This document shows positions 12,329 to 25,440 of a stretch of DNA of 64,000 nucleotides, piece by piece. Position numbers and translations under genes: made by a program. The stretch lies in the NCBI RefSeq assembly GCF_009914755.1, contig NC_060931.1; one strand, given 5' to 3'. A model generated the notes under the pieces. The model saw nothing but the letters and a program-made list of their open reading frames with translations. It was not told the DNA's origin and did no database searches. The DNA comes from the human T2T-CHM13v2.0 reference genome, Homo sapiens. Each line of letters opens with the position of its first letter. The first letter of the stretch is position 1.

Positions 12329-15234
12329 CATCCCGGCTGCCTCCCCTTCCTCCCCCCAACACATCCCGGCTGCCTCCCCTTCCTCCCCCAACATCCCAGC
12401 TGCCTCCCCTTCCTCCCCCCAACACATCCCGGCTGCCTTCCCTTCCTCCCCCAACATCCCGGCTGCCTCCCCTTCCTCCCCCCAACACATCCCGGCTGCC
12501 TCCCCTTCCTCCCCCCATCCCCGGCTGCCTCCCCTTCCTCCCCCCACATCCCGGCTGCCTCTCCTTCCTCCCCCCACATCCCGGCTGCCTCCCCTTCCTC
12601 CCCCCAACACATCCCGGCTGCCTCCCCTTCCTCCCCCCACATCCCGGCTGCCTCCCCTTCCTCCCCCCACATCCCGGCTGCCTCCCCTTCCTCCCACCAC
12701 ATCCCGGCTGCCTCCCCTTCCTCCCCCCACATCCCGGCTGCCTCCCCTTCCTCCCCCCAACACATCCCGGCTGCCTCCCCTTCCTCCCCCAACATCCCGG
12801 CTGCCTCCCCTTCCTCCCCCCAACACATCCCGGCTGCCTCCCCTTCCTCCCCCCATCCCCGGCTGCCTCTCCTTCCTCCCCCCAACACATCCCGGCTGCC
12901 TCCCCTTCCTCCCCCAACATCCCGGCTGCCTCCCCTTCCTCCTCCCAACACATCCCGGCTGCCTCCCCTTCCTCCCCCCATCCCCGGCTGCCTCTCCTTC
13001 CTCCCCCCATCCCCGGCTGCCTCCCCTTCCTCCCCCCATCCCCGGCTGCCTCCCCTTCCTCCCCCCAACACATCCCGGCTGCCTCCCCTTCCTCCCCCCA
13101 CATCCCGGCTGCCTCCCCTTCCTCCCCCCACATCCCGGCTGCCTCCCCTTCCTCCCCCAACATCCCGGCTGCCTCCCCTTCCTCCCCCCAACACATCCCG
13201 GCTGCCTCCCCTTCCTCCCCCCACATCCCGGCTGCCTCCCCTTCCTCCCCCAACATCCCAGCTGCCTCCCCTTCCTCCCCCCAACACATCCCGGCTGCCT
13301 CCCCTTCCTCCCCCCACATCCCGGCTGCCTCCCCTTCCTCCCCCCACATCCCGGCTGCCTCCCCTTCCTCCCCCAACATCCCGGCTGCCTCCCCTTCCTC
13401 CCCCCAACACATCCCGGCTGCCTCCCCTTCCTCCCCCCATCCCCGGCTGCCTCCCCTTCCTCCCCCCATCCCCGGCTGCCTCCCCTTCCTCCCCCCAACA
13501 CATCCCGGCTGCCTCCCCTTCCTCCCCCCACATCACCGGCTGCCTCCCCTTCCTCCCCCCAACACATCCCGGCTGCCTCCCCTTCCTCCCCCAACATCCC
13601 GGCTGCCTCCCCTTCCTCCCCCCAACACATCCCGGCTGCCTCCCCTTCCTCCCCCCAACACATCCCGGCTGCCTCCCCTTCCTCCCCCAACATCCCGGCT
13701 GCCTCCCCTTCCTCCCCCCAACACATCCCGGCTGCCTCCCCTTCCTCCCCCCATCCCCGGCTGCCTCTCCTTCCTCCCCCACATCCCGGCTGCCTCCCCT
13801 TCCTCCCCCCACATCCCGGCTGCCTCCCCTTCCTCCCCCCAACACATCCCGGCTGCCTCCCCTTCCTCCCCCCACATCCCGGCTGCCTCCCCTTCCTCCC
13901 CCAACATCCCGGCTGCCTCCCCTTCCTCCCCCCAACACATCCCGGCTGCCTCCCCTTCCTCCCCCCACATCCCGGCTGCCTCCCCTTCCTCCCCCAACAT
14001 CCCAGCTGCCTCCCCTTCCTCCCCCCAACACATCCCGGCTGCCTCCCCTTCCTCCCCCCACATCCCGGCTGCCTCCCCTTCCTCCCCCCACATCCCGGCT
14101 GCCTCCCCTTCCTCCCCCAACATCCCGGCTGCCTCCCCTTCCTCCCCCCAACACATCCCGGCTGCCTCCCCTTCCTCCCCCCATCCCCGGCTGCCTCCCC
14201 TTCCTCCCCCCATCCCCGGCTGCCTCCCCTTCCTCCCCCCAACACATCCCGGCTGCCTCCCCTTCCTCCCCCCATCCCCGGCTGCCTCCCCTTCCTCCCC
14301 CCATCCCCGGCTGCCTCCCCTTCCTCCCCCCAACACATCCCGGCTGCCTCCCCTTCCTCCCCCCAACACATCCCGGCTGCCTCCCCTTCCTCCCCCCATC
14401 CCCGGCTGCCTCCCCTTCCTCCCCCCATCCCCGGCTGCCTCCCCTTCCTCCCCCCAACACATCCCGGCTGCCTCCCCTTCCTCCCCCCACATCCCGGCTG
14501 CCTCCCCTTCCTCCCCCCACATCCCGGCTGCCTCCCCTTCCTCCCCCAACATCCCGGCTGCCTCCCCTTCCTCCCCCCAACACATCCCGGCTGCCTCCCC
14601 TTCCTCCCCCCATCCCCGGCTGCCTCCCCTTCCTCCCCCCATCCCCGGCTGCCTCCCCTTCCTCCCCCCAACACATCCCGGCTGCCTCCCCTTCCTCCCC
14701 CCAACACATCCCGGCTGCCTCCCCTTCCTCCCCCCACATCCCGGCTGCCTCCCCTTCCTCCCCCAACATCCCGGCTGCCTCCCCTTCCTCCCCCCAACAC
14801 ATCCCGGCTGCCTCCCCTTCCTCCCCCCACATCCCGGCTGCCTCCCCTTCCTCCCCCAACATCCCAGCTGCCTCCCCTTCCTCCCCCCAACACATCCCGG
14901 CTGCCTCCCCTTCCTCCCCCCACATCCCGGCTGCCTCCCCTTCCTCCCCCCACATCCCGGCTGCCTCCCCTTCCTCCCCCAACATCCCGGCTGCCTCCCC
15001 TTCCTCCCCCCAACACATCCCGGCTGCCTCCCCTTCCTCCCCCCATCCCCGGCTGCCTCCCCTTCCTCCCCCCATCCCCGGCTGCCTCCCCTTCCTCCCC
15101 CCAACACATCCCGGCTGCCTCCCCTTCCTCCCCCCACATCACCGGCTGCCTCCCCTTCCTCCCACCACATCCCGGCTGCCTCCCCTTCCTCCCCCCAACA
15201 CATCCCGGCTGCCTCCTCTTCCTCCCCCCATCCC
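12329..15234. repeat. C-rich VNTR, 29-33 bp unit, ~90-95 copies
   Basis: Unit catcccggctgcctccccttcctccccc(c/ca/aa/caaca). Source of the 400-1100 aa artefact ORFs. Confidence 0.98.
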
Positions 15235-15316
15235 ATCAGTGGTCATGCTTCACTTCCTCTCCCCACTCCTCCCTCATAAGGATCATTGTGTTCATGAAAT
15301 AAACTTATTCCTTCTT

Positions 15317-15624
15317 TATTTATTTTTATTTTCCATAGGTTTTGGGAACAGGCAGTGTTGAGTTACATGAGTAAGTTCTCTAACGGTGATGTGTGAGATT
15401 TTGGTGCACCCTCCTGCCACCCTTTTCCCTGAGTCTCCAAAGTCCTTATGTCATTCTTAAGCCTTCACATCCTCATAGCTCAGCTCCCACTTATGAGTGA
15501 GAACATATGATGTTTGGTTTTCCATTCCTGAGTTACTTCATTTAGAATAATAGTCTCCAGTTCCATCCAGCTTGCTGTGAATGCCATTATTTCATTCCTT
15601 TTTATGGCTGAATAGTATTCCATG

Positions 15625-15662
<38 letters not shown>

Positions 15663-16950
15663 CACGATTTCTTTATCTACTCATTGATTGATGGGCATTT
15701 GGGTTGGTTCCATATTTTTGCAATTGCAAATTGTGCTGCTATAAACGTGTGTGCAAATATCTTTCTCGTATAATGACTTCTTGTCCTCCAGGTAGATACC
15801 CAGCAGTGGGATTGCTGAATCAAATGGTAGTTCTTTTAGTTCTTTAAGGAATCTCCACACTGTTTTCCATAGTGGCTGTGCTAGTTTGCACTCCCACCAG
15901 CAGTGTAGAAGTGTTCCCTGTTCACCACATCCACACCAGCATCTACTGTTTTTTGATTTTTTGATTATATCCAATCTTGCAGGAGTAAGGTGGTATAACA
16001 TTGTGGTTTTGATTTGCATTTCCCTGATCATTAGTGATGTTGGGCATTTTTTCATATGTTTGTTGGCCATTTGTATATCTTCTTTCAAGAATTGTCTATT
16101 CATGTCTTTAGCCCATTGTTTGATGGGACTGTTTGTTTCTTGCTAATGTGAGTTCTTTGTAGAGTCTGGATATTAGTCTTTTGTCGGATATATAGATCAT
16201 GAAGATTTTTTCTCACTCTTTGGGTTGTCTGTATACTGCTGAAAGAAATCACAGATGACGCAAACAAATGGAAACACATCCCATGCTCATGGATGGGTAG
16301 AATCAATATTGTGAAAATGACCGTACTGCCAAAAGCAATCTACAAATTCAATCCAATCCCCATCAAAATACCACCATCATTCTTCACAGAACCAGAAAAG
16401 ACAATCCTAAAATTCATATGGAACCAAAAAAGAGCCTGCATAGCCAAAGCAAGACTAAGCAAAAAGAACAACCTGGAGGCATCACATTACCTGACTTCAA
16501 ACTATTCTATAAGGCTATAGTCACCAAAACAGCATGGTACTGGTATAAAAATAGGCACACAGACCAATGGAACAGAATAGAGAACCCAGAAATAAACTCA
16601 ACTACTTAACAGCCAACTGATCTTCGACAAAGCAAACAAAAACAAAGTGGGGAAAGGACACTCTATTCAAAAATGGTGCTGGGATAATTGGCAAGCCACA
16701 TGTAGAAGAATAAAACTGGATCCTCATCTCTCCCCTTATCCAAAAATCAACTCAAGATGGATCAAGGACTTAAATCTAAGACCTGAAACCATAAAATTTC
16801 TAGGAAATAGCATTGGAAAAACTCTTCCAGACATTGGCTTAGGCAAAGACTTCATGACAAAGAACCCAATAGCAAATGCAACAAAAACAATGATAAATAG
16901 CTGGGACTTAAACTAAAAAGTTTCTGCACAGCAAAAGAAACAATCAGCAG
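15317..16950 (-). mobile_element. 5'-truncated L1 (L1PB1-like) with a 5' inversion; (GT)n at ~15627-15661
   Basis: 15317-~16235 is the L1 3'UTR/ORF2 end on minus; ~16236-16950 is ORF2 (GRINIVKM...IPIKIP...WYWYKNR) on plus. 19-bp TSD aataaact(t/c)attccttctt at 15298-15316 and 16951-16969. Confidence 0.92.
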
Positions 16951-19243
16951 AATAAACTCATTCCTTCTTCCAGTCATCTAGCCCAAACAATCCCACTGTA
17001 TACAAAGAAAGACCTCACACCTTCCATTGCACCAAAAGAGTTTAAAACCCAGCTCACCATGAAAGCCATGGAGACTTTAAAAGAAATCCCACCTGGTATT
17101 TAAGAAAATCTCACCCAGCACAGTAGTGCACCCGTCAGCCTCAGGTCTGCTCCAATCAGTGTGGACAGCAAAGCCCCTGGCCACCCTGACCGTCCAGCTG
17201 TTGGCCATGTGGCCAACCACTCCTCCCTTCTTCATTCTGGCCCACCCTCTCCCAGGGGATGTTACTGGGGGAGGGCAGAGATGGCCAAAGCAGTGAGCAG
17301 CGGCAGGCCCATCTCTGCCCGTCACTACGCCACGGTGGGCCCTGAGGTCCCAGGATCTGCTCACAGTGAGCAGCCATGGAGCTTGCAGCTGACCCTGGGG
17401 CCCCTCTCCTGTCCTGAGGATGAAGTGGTTCCTCTCCCAAGCCCCAGATCGCAAACTGGACCCATGTGGCAGGCACTGAGCCCAGGTGCCAGGCAGCCCT
17501 CAGCCCACGCCTTCACCCTGGAGCCATGATGCTAACAGTGCATGGCAGCCATCAGCAGCAGGGCGGCCAGGAGGGAACCTTCAGAAAACACTGAGCCCCT
17601 GTGCGCCTGAGCCACGGCCTTCCACGTGCTGGACAGCCACCACAGAAGGGCTTTGCCAGAGGAAAATATGGTAAACTCAATGCACGCATCCCGAGCTGGC
17701 CCGAGGATGCTTTATTCCAAAGCCACCTCTTGTGACTGCCTGCCCTCTGCCCAATTATCTCAGTTATGTGTCTGGGTGCAACAGCTTCCTCCCTCCCATG
17801 GCTCCAGGCCGCCCTGCTGCTCATGGAGGCACCTCTCATGGTACCCAGGCTGCTTCTTTTCCATGGCCCTCAAATGTCCCTGAGGACAATCTCACTTTTA
17901 ACTAAGGAGGCATCCACACCTCCACACGTTCATCAGTAATTGTGGGCCTTGGCAGCAACAGGTGAGTTTCCCAGGGCTGCAGAATCACAGAGCATGCCCC
18001 ATGTATTTGATATATGGAGAGAGGCAGAAGGGGGTGTGGGATGGGCCTGCAGCTTTGCGGGTGTTGGAGGGATGAGGCCTTTGTTGTTCAAGGACTCATT
18101 GCATCACGCTTGAATCACACTTGCACTTAAGATGCAAGTGTGCACTTGCACACTTCTCTGCAGTCACTGAGCCGGGTTCAGGACATAGATAGGCACTGAG
18201 GAGCTGATGGTCTGGGGAGAAAGACAGCACACGGCTAATGTTCTGGGGGCCACGGTGCAGGGAAGGCACTGCAGACCCGGGAGGACACACCCCCAGGACA
18301 GTACCTCATGCTCCTCAGCGGCATCAGAGCTGAGTCCTAGACAGGGAGCCTGACGGGACAGGAGCTGGGGCATCAGTCCATGGGGAACCCCTCCTTCTGA
18401 AATAAGCCATCAGCAGGACCCAGTAAGGCCTGGGTGTCCAGACATGCACCCGTCCCTGTCTGACAGCAGAAGCAGGCGTGAGCACCTAGAACAAAGGGCC
18501 TGCGGTCATTGGCTGCAGTCAGTGTGAGGCTCCCACTTACCACCTGTGGCCTCATCCTCCCTGTGCGCATGGCCTGGGCCCACGATGAGTTCCTGAGTCC
18601 TAAAACTAGGCGCCTTCCTGGGGGCCATAGGGAGGGATAGTGCCAAAGATACAGGCCTGGGATGGAATCCTTCGTGGAAAGGAATGCAGTTTGAACCATT
18701 CAGGACACTTGATGGCAGGTGGCTCCTTCCAGTTCAAAGTAAGAGGTAAAAAGCCTTAAAATAACAGCAGTAGGAAAAAGAACGCGAAGAGCCCTGCACA
18801 CAGGTGAGACTCAAAGACCATCAGGAAAACTGCACTTTCTGGACTAACGTGGCTGTGCCCATGGAGCAGCGATGTCCGAGGCAGGGCCCACTCTCTGGGC
18901 CCCAGGAGATTCCCTTCCTCTCCAGCCTCACTTCCCTAGCATGAGTTGTACTCAGAATGTCTGAGGTCACTGGCAGTTCCAGAACCTTCTCTAGCACTGT
19001 CCGATTTGTTTGTCTCATGAGCCAGGTTTCAAACAGCTCAGGGGCAGGGATGAGTGTTCCCCTTCTTACATGTCCTGCTCTGTGCCAGGTCAGTGCAGGC
19101 CCCCACTTGATGTGATGGACACCAATGGTGTCGGGGGCCACAGCACACTGCTCTTTATAATGCCCATGAAGTCAGATCATCCCACTCAGCCCATGATGGT
19201 TAGCAGCCTGGACACATTTCCTTCTGGTTCTTAGAGACAGATT

Positions 19244-19542
19244 ATTATTTTTTTTTTTTTTTGAGATGGAGTCTTGCTCTGTTGCCCAGGCTGGAGTGCA
19301 GTGGCGCGATCTCAGCTCACTGCAACAACTGCCTCCCGGGTTCAAGCAATTCTCTGCCTCAGCCTCCCAAGTAGCTGGGATTACAGGCACCTGCCACCAT
19401 GCCCGACTAATTTTTGTATTTTTAAGTAGAGATGGGGTTTCACCATTTTGGCCAGGCTGGTCCTGAACTCCTGAGCTCATGATCCACCCGCCTCAGCCTC
19501 CCAAAGTTCTGGGATTACAGGCATGAGCCACCGTGCCTGGCC
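19244..19542 (-). mobile_element. Full-length AluS
   Basis: Dimeric Alu. TSD tagagacagatt at 19232-19243 and 19543-19554. Confidence 0.95.
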
Positions 19543-20003
19543 TAGAGACAGATTTAAGGCAATGGAGCATCAGGGCATCCTGCCTGAGATTTCTTTTCTG
19601 TGCTTCCTCACTATGCCCTCCCCAGAGCAGTCTGAGGCATCAGAAGGCCTGAGGAAGGCCAGGATGAAGACAATGGAGGTCAGGTGAATCTCAGGCTCAA
19701 AGACTCCTGAGAAAGGCCCTGGAAGACACATAAGAATCAAGACAACTTAAGAGCAAAGATACCGCTGTGAAAATCAGGGATTTGTGGATGGATAAAAAAG
19801 TCATAGATGAGGAAATAGTAAGACACCAAGATCAGCAGCAGGGCCCCTCACAAGATGAAAAAGGAGATGAAGACTATAGGGCTCACCTAGGCAGGGACAG
19901 AGAGGAGAACAGAAGGGAGAAAAGAGAGAGAACAGGACTGATGGAGGCCTTGTCAGTAGTGGAGGAGAGCTTGAGGAAGAGCCAACAACCACCCATGATC
20001 ACA

Positions 20004-21850
20004 ACCATCCCAGCTCCATCCCAAAATCCATCCCAGCTCCAACCAGCACCAACCGCAGCTCCATCCTCAGCACTATCCCAACTCCACTCAGCTCCATCAA
20101 ACTCCATCCCAGCTCCATCCTCAGCTCCTTCCCAACTCCACTCAGCTCCATCAAACTCCATCCCAGCTCCACCCTCAGCTCCATCCCAACTCCACACAGC
20201 TCCATCAAACTCCATCCCAGCTCCACCCTCAGCTCCTTCCCAACTCTACTCAGCTCCATCAAACTCCATCCCAGCTCCACCCTCAGCTCCATCCCAAGTC
20301 CACACAGCTCCATCAAACTCCATCCCAGCTCCACCCTTATCCAAACTCCATCAGAACTCCACTCAGCTCCATCAAACTCCATCCCAGCTCCATCAAACTC
20401 CATCCCAGCTCCACTCTCAGCTCCTTCCCAACTCCACTCAGCTCTATCAAACTCCATCCCAGCTCCATCCTCAGCTCCTTCCCAACCCTACTAAGTGTCA
20501 TCATACTCCATCCCAGCTCCATCCTCAGCTTTATCTCAACTCCAGTCAGCTCCATCAAACTCCACCCTAGCTTCACCCTCAGCTCCATCCCAACTCCACT
20601 CAGCTCCATCAAACTCCATCCCAACTCCACCCTCAGCTCCATCCCAACTCCACTCAGCTCCATCAAACTCCATCCCAACTCCACCCTCAGCTCCATCCCA
20701 ACTCTATCCCAATTCCACTCAGTTTCACTGAACTGCATCCGAGCTCCATCCTCATCCTAGCTCCATCCCAACTGTGCTCAGCTCCGTCAAACTCCATCCC
20801 AGCTCCATCCCAACTCCACTGAGCTCCATCAAACTCCACCCTAGCTTCACCCTCATCCCAGCTCCATCCCATCTCCACTCAGCTACAGCAGATTCCATCC
20901 CAGCTCTACCCCAGGTACATCCAAGGCTTCAATAATCCCCAGCTCCATGAACTTCCATCCAGCTCCATTCCTATCCATCCCTACTCCATCCCAAGCTGAA
21001 CCAAGCTCCATAGACTTCCATCCAGATTCATCAACTCTATCCCAGACCATGGAGCTCCATCCACCTCCATCCCAGCTCCACCTCATCTCCATCCACAAAT
21101 CCATCCCAGCTCTATCCATCTCCATTGTATCTCCATCCAGTTCCATCCAGATGCATGCCCTGCTTTATCCTTATCTCCATCAATTTCCATCCTAGCTCCA
21201 TCTTACGCCATGCAGCCCCATCCAGCTCCATTGCAGCTCCACCCAGCTTCATCCCATCTCCATACTACTCTATACCCGGCTCCATCACTACTCCATCTCA
21301 TCTCCATACTACTGTATACCCAGCTCTATCACTGCTCCATCCCAGCTCCATCCAGTTCCATCCCCTCCTTCATCCAGCTCCACTGAATTCCATCCCCATC
21401 TCTCTTCTGTTTTATTCCCAGCTCCTTCCATCTCCATTCCAACTCCATTCAGCTCTATCCTAGATCATCACTGCTCCATTCTAGCTCCATCCTGCTCTGT
21501 CCTCAGATTCATCTCAGCTTTTTTTCTGAGCTTCATCCCATCTCCATTTCCAGTTCCTTCCCTGATCTATCTTAGCTCTATCCCAGTCCATCCCAGCCCC
21601 ATCCACCTAGCTTCCCTGCAGCTCCCTCTAGCTTCCCCCCAGCTCCATTTCTGCTCTATCTCATTTTTATCCTTATTCCTTACAAGTGGCATCTCCAGCT
21701 CCTTTCTGAGCTTCATCTCAGCTCATCTCCCTCTCTCTTGAGTTCCATCCCAACCTCCACCTCTGCTCCCTCCCAGCTCCAGCGCAGTTTCCTCCAAAGC
21801 TCCACCATCACCTCCATCCTTGGCTCCAGCTTCTTTCTTAGCTCCCTCCC
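20004..21850. repeat. (CCATCCCAGCT)-type low-complexity repeat with a 54-bp higher-order unit in ~20050-20890
   Basis: Unit ccatcccagctccaccctcagctccatcccaactccacacagctccatcaaact; degenerates rightwards. Confidence 0.9.
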
Positions 21851-23129
21851 TGCCTCCACACACACACCTCCGTGTATCATCTGGAAGAAGCTATTTCCAC
21901 CTTTTCTGACTCACTGTTTATCACTGCTCAGAAGTGTGCCACTTTGGGAATATCCAAAACACTGATAAAGAGGATGTCTCCAGGGGCTGATGAAATGAGC
22001 CTCTCCACACAAACGCCTACCTGTGGAGTCTGCCCTTGGGGATATAACCCTGTCACACTATCTGTGCCCTGCTCCCCGAAGGTGATAGAGTGCCTGTTAC
22101 ATGATTTTCACTAGTGTCCCAGGTCACAGGTTCACAGAAGATTAATCCTTGAGTAATCACTAAAGATGAAGTAGGCAAACCCCTCTAATTTTCAAAATAT
22201 AAAACTATGGCCCAGAGAGGAAAAGTCACTTCCCCAGGATCCCATAAAACCAGATTATCTAATTCTCCTTCAGCATAAAGAGGAAGATTTTAAGATCCTG
22301 GAAGCATCTCAGCTCTTTCAGGTCTTGGGAGCTTCTTCTATTTTCAACCTCTGTGAAATCTGTCCTGTGTGGTTTCCCTAGAGTTAATATTTCTTCCCTA
22401 GGAACCCAAAACACTGACTGGGAGCTACCTCACAAGAAACCAAGGTGGTGCCAACATGCACACTTGTCTCTGTTCTCACATACACCTAAGGGTCCACGTG
22501 CCCCACATCGCTGCTGCCCCCCTTCTCTTCCCTTACCTCCATCTCCTGATCCCATCAGAAACTGGGATCTTGCTGTCCACTGTACATTAAGGTTATGTCA
22601 TATACACCTACCCAGATCTGTCCCCTAAGTCACCTGGACAGCACCCCTTAGAAGTCATCCAGGTACCTGAAACAAACCTATCAATCAAACCTGTTAGGAA
22701 GCTCCCTCAAACCCTCCCCCCTCCTAAGTCCCTGGTGTGCTGAAAGCCACTCCATACATTTCCAGTACCCTCAGTCACATCAGAAGTTAAAACACTGAAG
22801 TATTTCCTACCAGGTGGGAAACAGCTGCAGCCCCTGCCCACCCGCCACCTCCAGAACCCCAGATGCCCAAACATCCCAGGCCACTCTGGGAACAACAGGC
22901 CCTCCCCATTGTGAGCCACAGGGAAAACACTTGACTGCCCAGGGGCCACCAGGACTTCTGCCTGAGGCCCTACTTGCCTGTTTCCATGGGCAGGCATCAC
23001 ACTGTATAGATCAACACACACTTTGCACTCAGATCTACCCTCATCCTTGAAGCTGCCTTTCTACAATTCTTCAAATCCTGCTTCCCAGGCAGAAGTCACC
23101 CAGTGGCCACCCACTGCAGTCACGCTGTA

Positions 23130-23700
23130 CCTGCTCTCTTCCCTCACCTGCATCTTCTCGTGTCCCCTGCCCACAGCAGCCCATGAACATGCCCCCTCTT
23201 TCATGTGGATATCTGCATCTGCCCTGCACCTGCCCCCTCTCACACATGGATCCCTGCACACCGTCTGCCCACAGCAGGCCCATGTACCTGCCCCCTCTCT
23301 CACATGGATCTGGGAAAGTCCCCTGCCCACTGCAACTTGATGCACCTGCCCCCTCCCTCACCTGGATCTCTGCACCTCTGCTGCCTACTGCAGGCCCACA
23401 CACCTGCCCCCCAAAAAACATCTGCATCTCAGCATAGCCCCTTCCTACTGCATTCACCCTGTGCCTGGTCCCACTCTTACCTGGATCTCTGCAAACCACC
23501 TGCCCACTGCAGCCCTGAGTACGTGACCCTTTGCTCACCTGGATGTCTGCATGAGCCTGCCAATTAAAGCCCCATGCACCTGCCACCTCTCACCTGGATC
23601 TCTACAGCCCACTCACCCACTATAGCCCCACAAATAGCCCCCCCTCACCTGGATCTCTGTGCTCCCATTGCCACCACACCCGCCTTGCACCTGCTCCCTC
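23130..23700. repeat. Old degenerate minisatellite (~55-60 bp)
   Basis: Recurring ctcacctggatctctgc...ctgcccactgcagccc...gcacctgcccc. Confidence 0.75.
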
Positions 23701-24269
23701 CTTTACCTTCCCCAGGTGGCCTCAGGGCTGCTCTCTCTCAGCTCTAGTCAGACCATCTCACTGTGTTCACCCTGTAGGGTCCTCTCACTCTACATACTGG
23801 GTCCCTAAATGGCCTCTCTGTCCCTGCTGAGCAGTCCTACCTGGCCTGCCCACCGGACCACCCCATTTCAGGGAAACCCCAGCAGCCCTGGCATGTATGG
23901 AGCCCCCTGTCCCTCCACATCTTTCCTGTCCATGGACATTTCCTTGAACCTGCTCATTGCATATGTCTGTACCCTAGGAACGGTGTGGGCCACAGTGAGC
24001 AGTGTGGAGTTGCATGTCACATCTCTCTCTGGGACGCCTCCATGTGTCCTTCAGATTTCTACTTCTAGAAACTTCTGATCCCAGGCTGGCTGGGGTGCTT
24101 CTCATGCATGTCCCCTAGTGCCCTCCATGCTAATGACCCATACACTCTTCTGTCTTTTCCTAATAAATGGCAGAATTGAGGCAGGGCCCATGTATCTCAA
24201 AGGGGATGCCCAGCTCCTGGTGCGAGGCCAGGTTGCCACAGGTGCCCAGTGAGCATCTGCTGTGAGGAG

Positions 24270-25440
24270 CCACTGAGTGAACGAGGTCAACCTGTGTGAA
24301 GGGGCCAGTGAGTGAATGACATCAACCCTGTGTGAAGGAGCCAGTGAGTGAATGACATCAGCCCTGTGTGAAGAGTCAGTGAGTGAATGACATCACCACT
24401 GTGTGAAGGAGACAGTGAATGAATGACATCACCCCTGTGTGAAGGAGACCGTGAGTGAATGACATCACCCCTGTGTGAAGGAGCCAGTGAGTGAATGACA
24501 TCACTCCTGAGTGAAGGAGACAGTGAGTGAATGACATCACCCCATGTGTGAAAGAGACAGTGAGTGAATGACATCACCCCTGTGTGAAGACTCAGTGAGT
24601 GAATGATGTCACCCCTGTGTGAAGGAGCCAGTGAGTGAATGACATAACTCCTGAGTGAAGGAGACAGTGAGTGAATGACATCACCCCTGTGTGAAGGAGA
24701 CAGTGAGTGAATGACATCACCCCTGTGTGAAGGAGACAGTGAGTGAATGACATCACCCCTGTGTGAAGGAGACAGTGAGTGAATGACATCACCCCTGTGT
24801 GAAGACTCTGTGAGTGAATGATGTCACCCCATATGTGAAAGAGACAGTGAGTGAATGACATCACCCCTGTGTGAAGGGGCCAGTGAGTGAATGACGTCAA
24901 CCCTGTGTGAAGGAGCCAGTGAGTGAATGACATCACCCCTATGTGAAGACTCAGTGAATGAATGACATCACCCTGCGTGTAGGAGCCAGTGAGTGAATGA
25001 CGTCACCCATGTGAAGAGTGTCTGAATCATGTCACCCCTGTGTGAAAGGCTCAGTGAGTGATGTCACCCCTGTGTGAGGGAGACAGTGAGTGAATGACGT
25101 CACCCCTGTGTGATGAGTCACTGAGTGAATGATATCACCCCTGTGTGAAGCGTCAGTGAGTGAATGACGTTACCCCGGTGTGAGGGAGCCAGTGAGTGAA
25201 TGATGTCACCCGTGTAAAGAGTCAGTGAGTGAATGACGTCACCCCTATGTGAAGGGGACAGTGAGTGAATGATGTCACCCCTGTGTGAAGAGTCAGTGAG
25301 TGAATGACGTCACTCTGTGGGAGCCAGTGAGTGAATGACGTCACCTGTGTGAAGAGTCACTGAGTGAATGAAGTCACCCTGTGTGAAGGGACCAGTGAGT
25401 GAATGATGTCACCCGTGTGAAGGGGCCAGTGAGTGAACAA
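24270..25440. repeat. Minisatellite, ~36 bp unit, ~32 copies
   Basis: Unit gtgagtgaatgac(a/g)tcacccctgtgtgaaggagaca. Confidence 0.96.

Noticed and set aside
12035-15361. ORFs of 395-1108 aa on both strands
   Set aside because: They are translations of a nearly stop-free VNTR, open in several frames at once, with no domain or gene structure.
15681-16916. L1 ORF2-like peptides as an active element
   Set aside because: Truncated, inverted and interrupted by stops and frameshifts.
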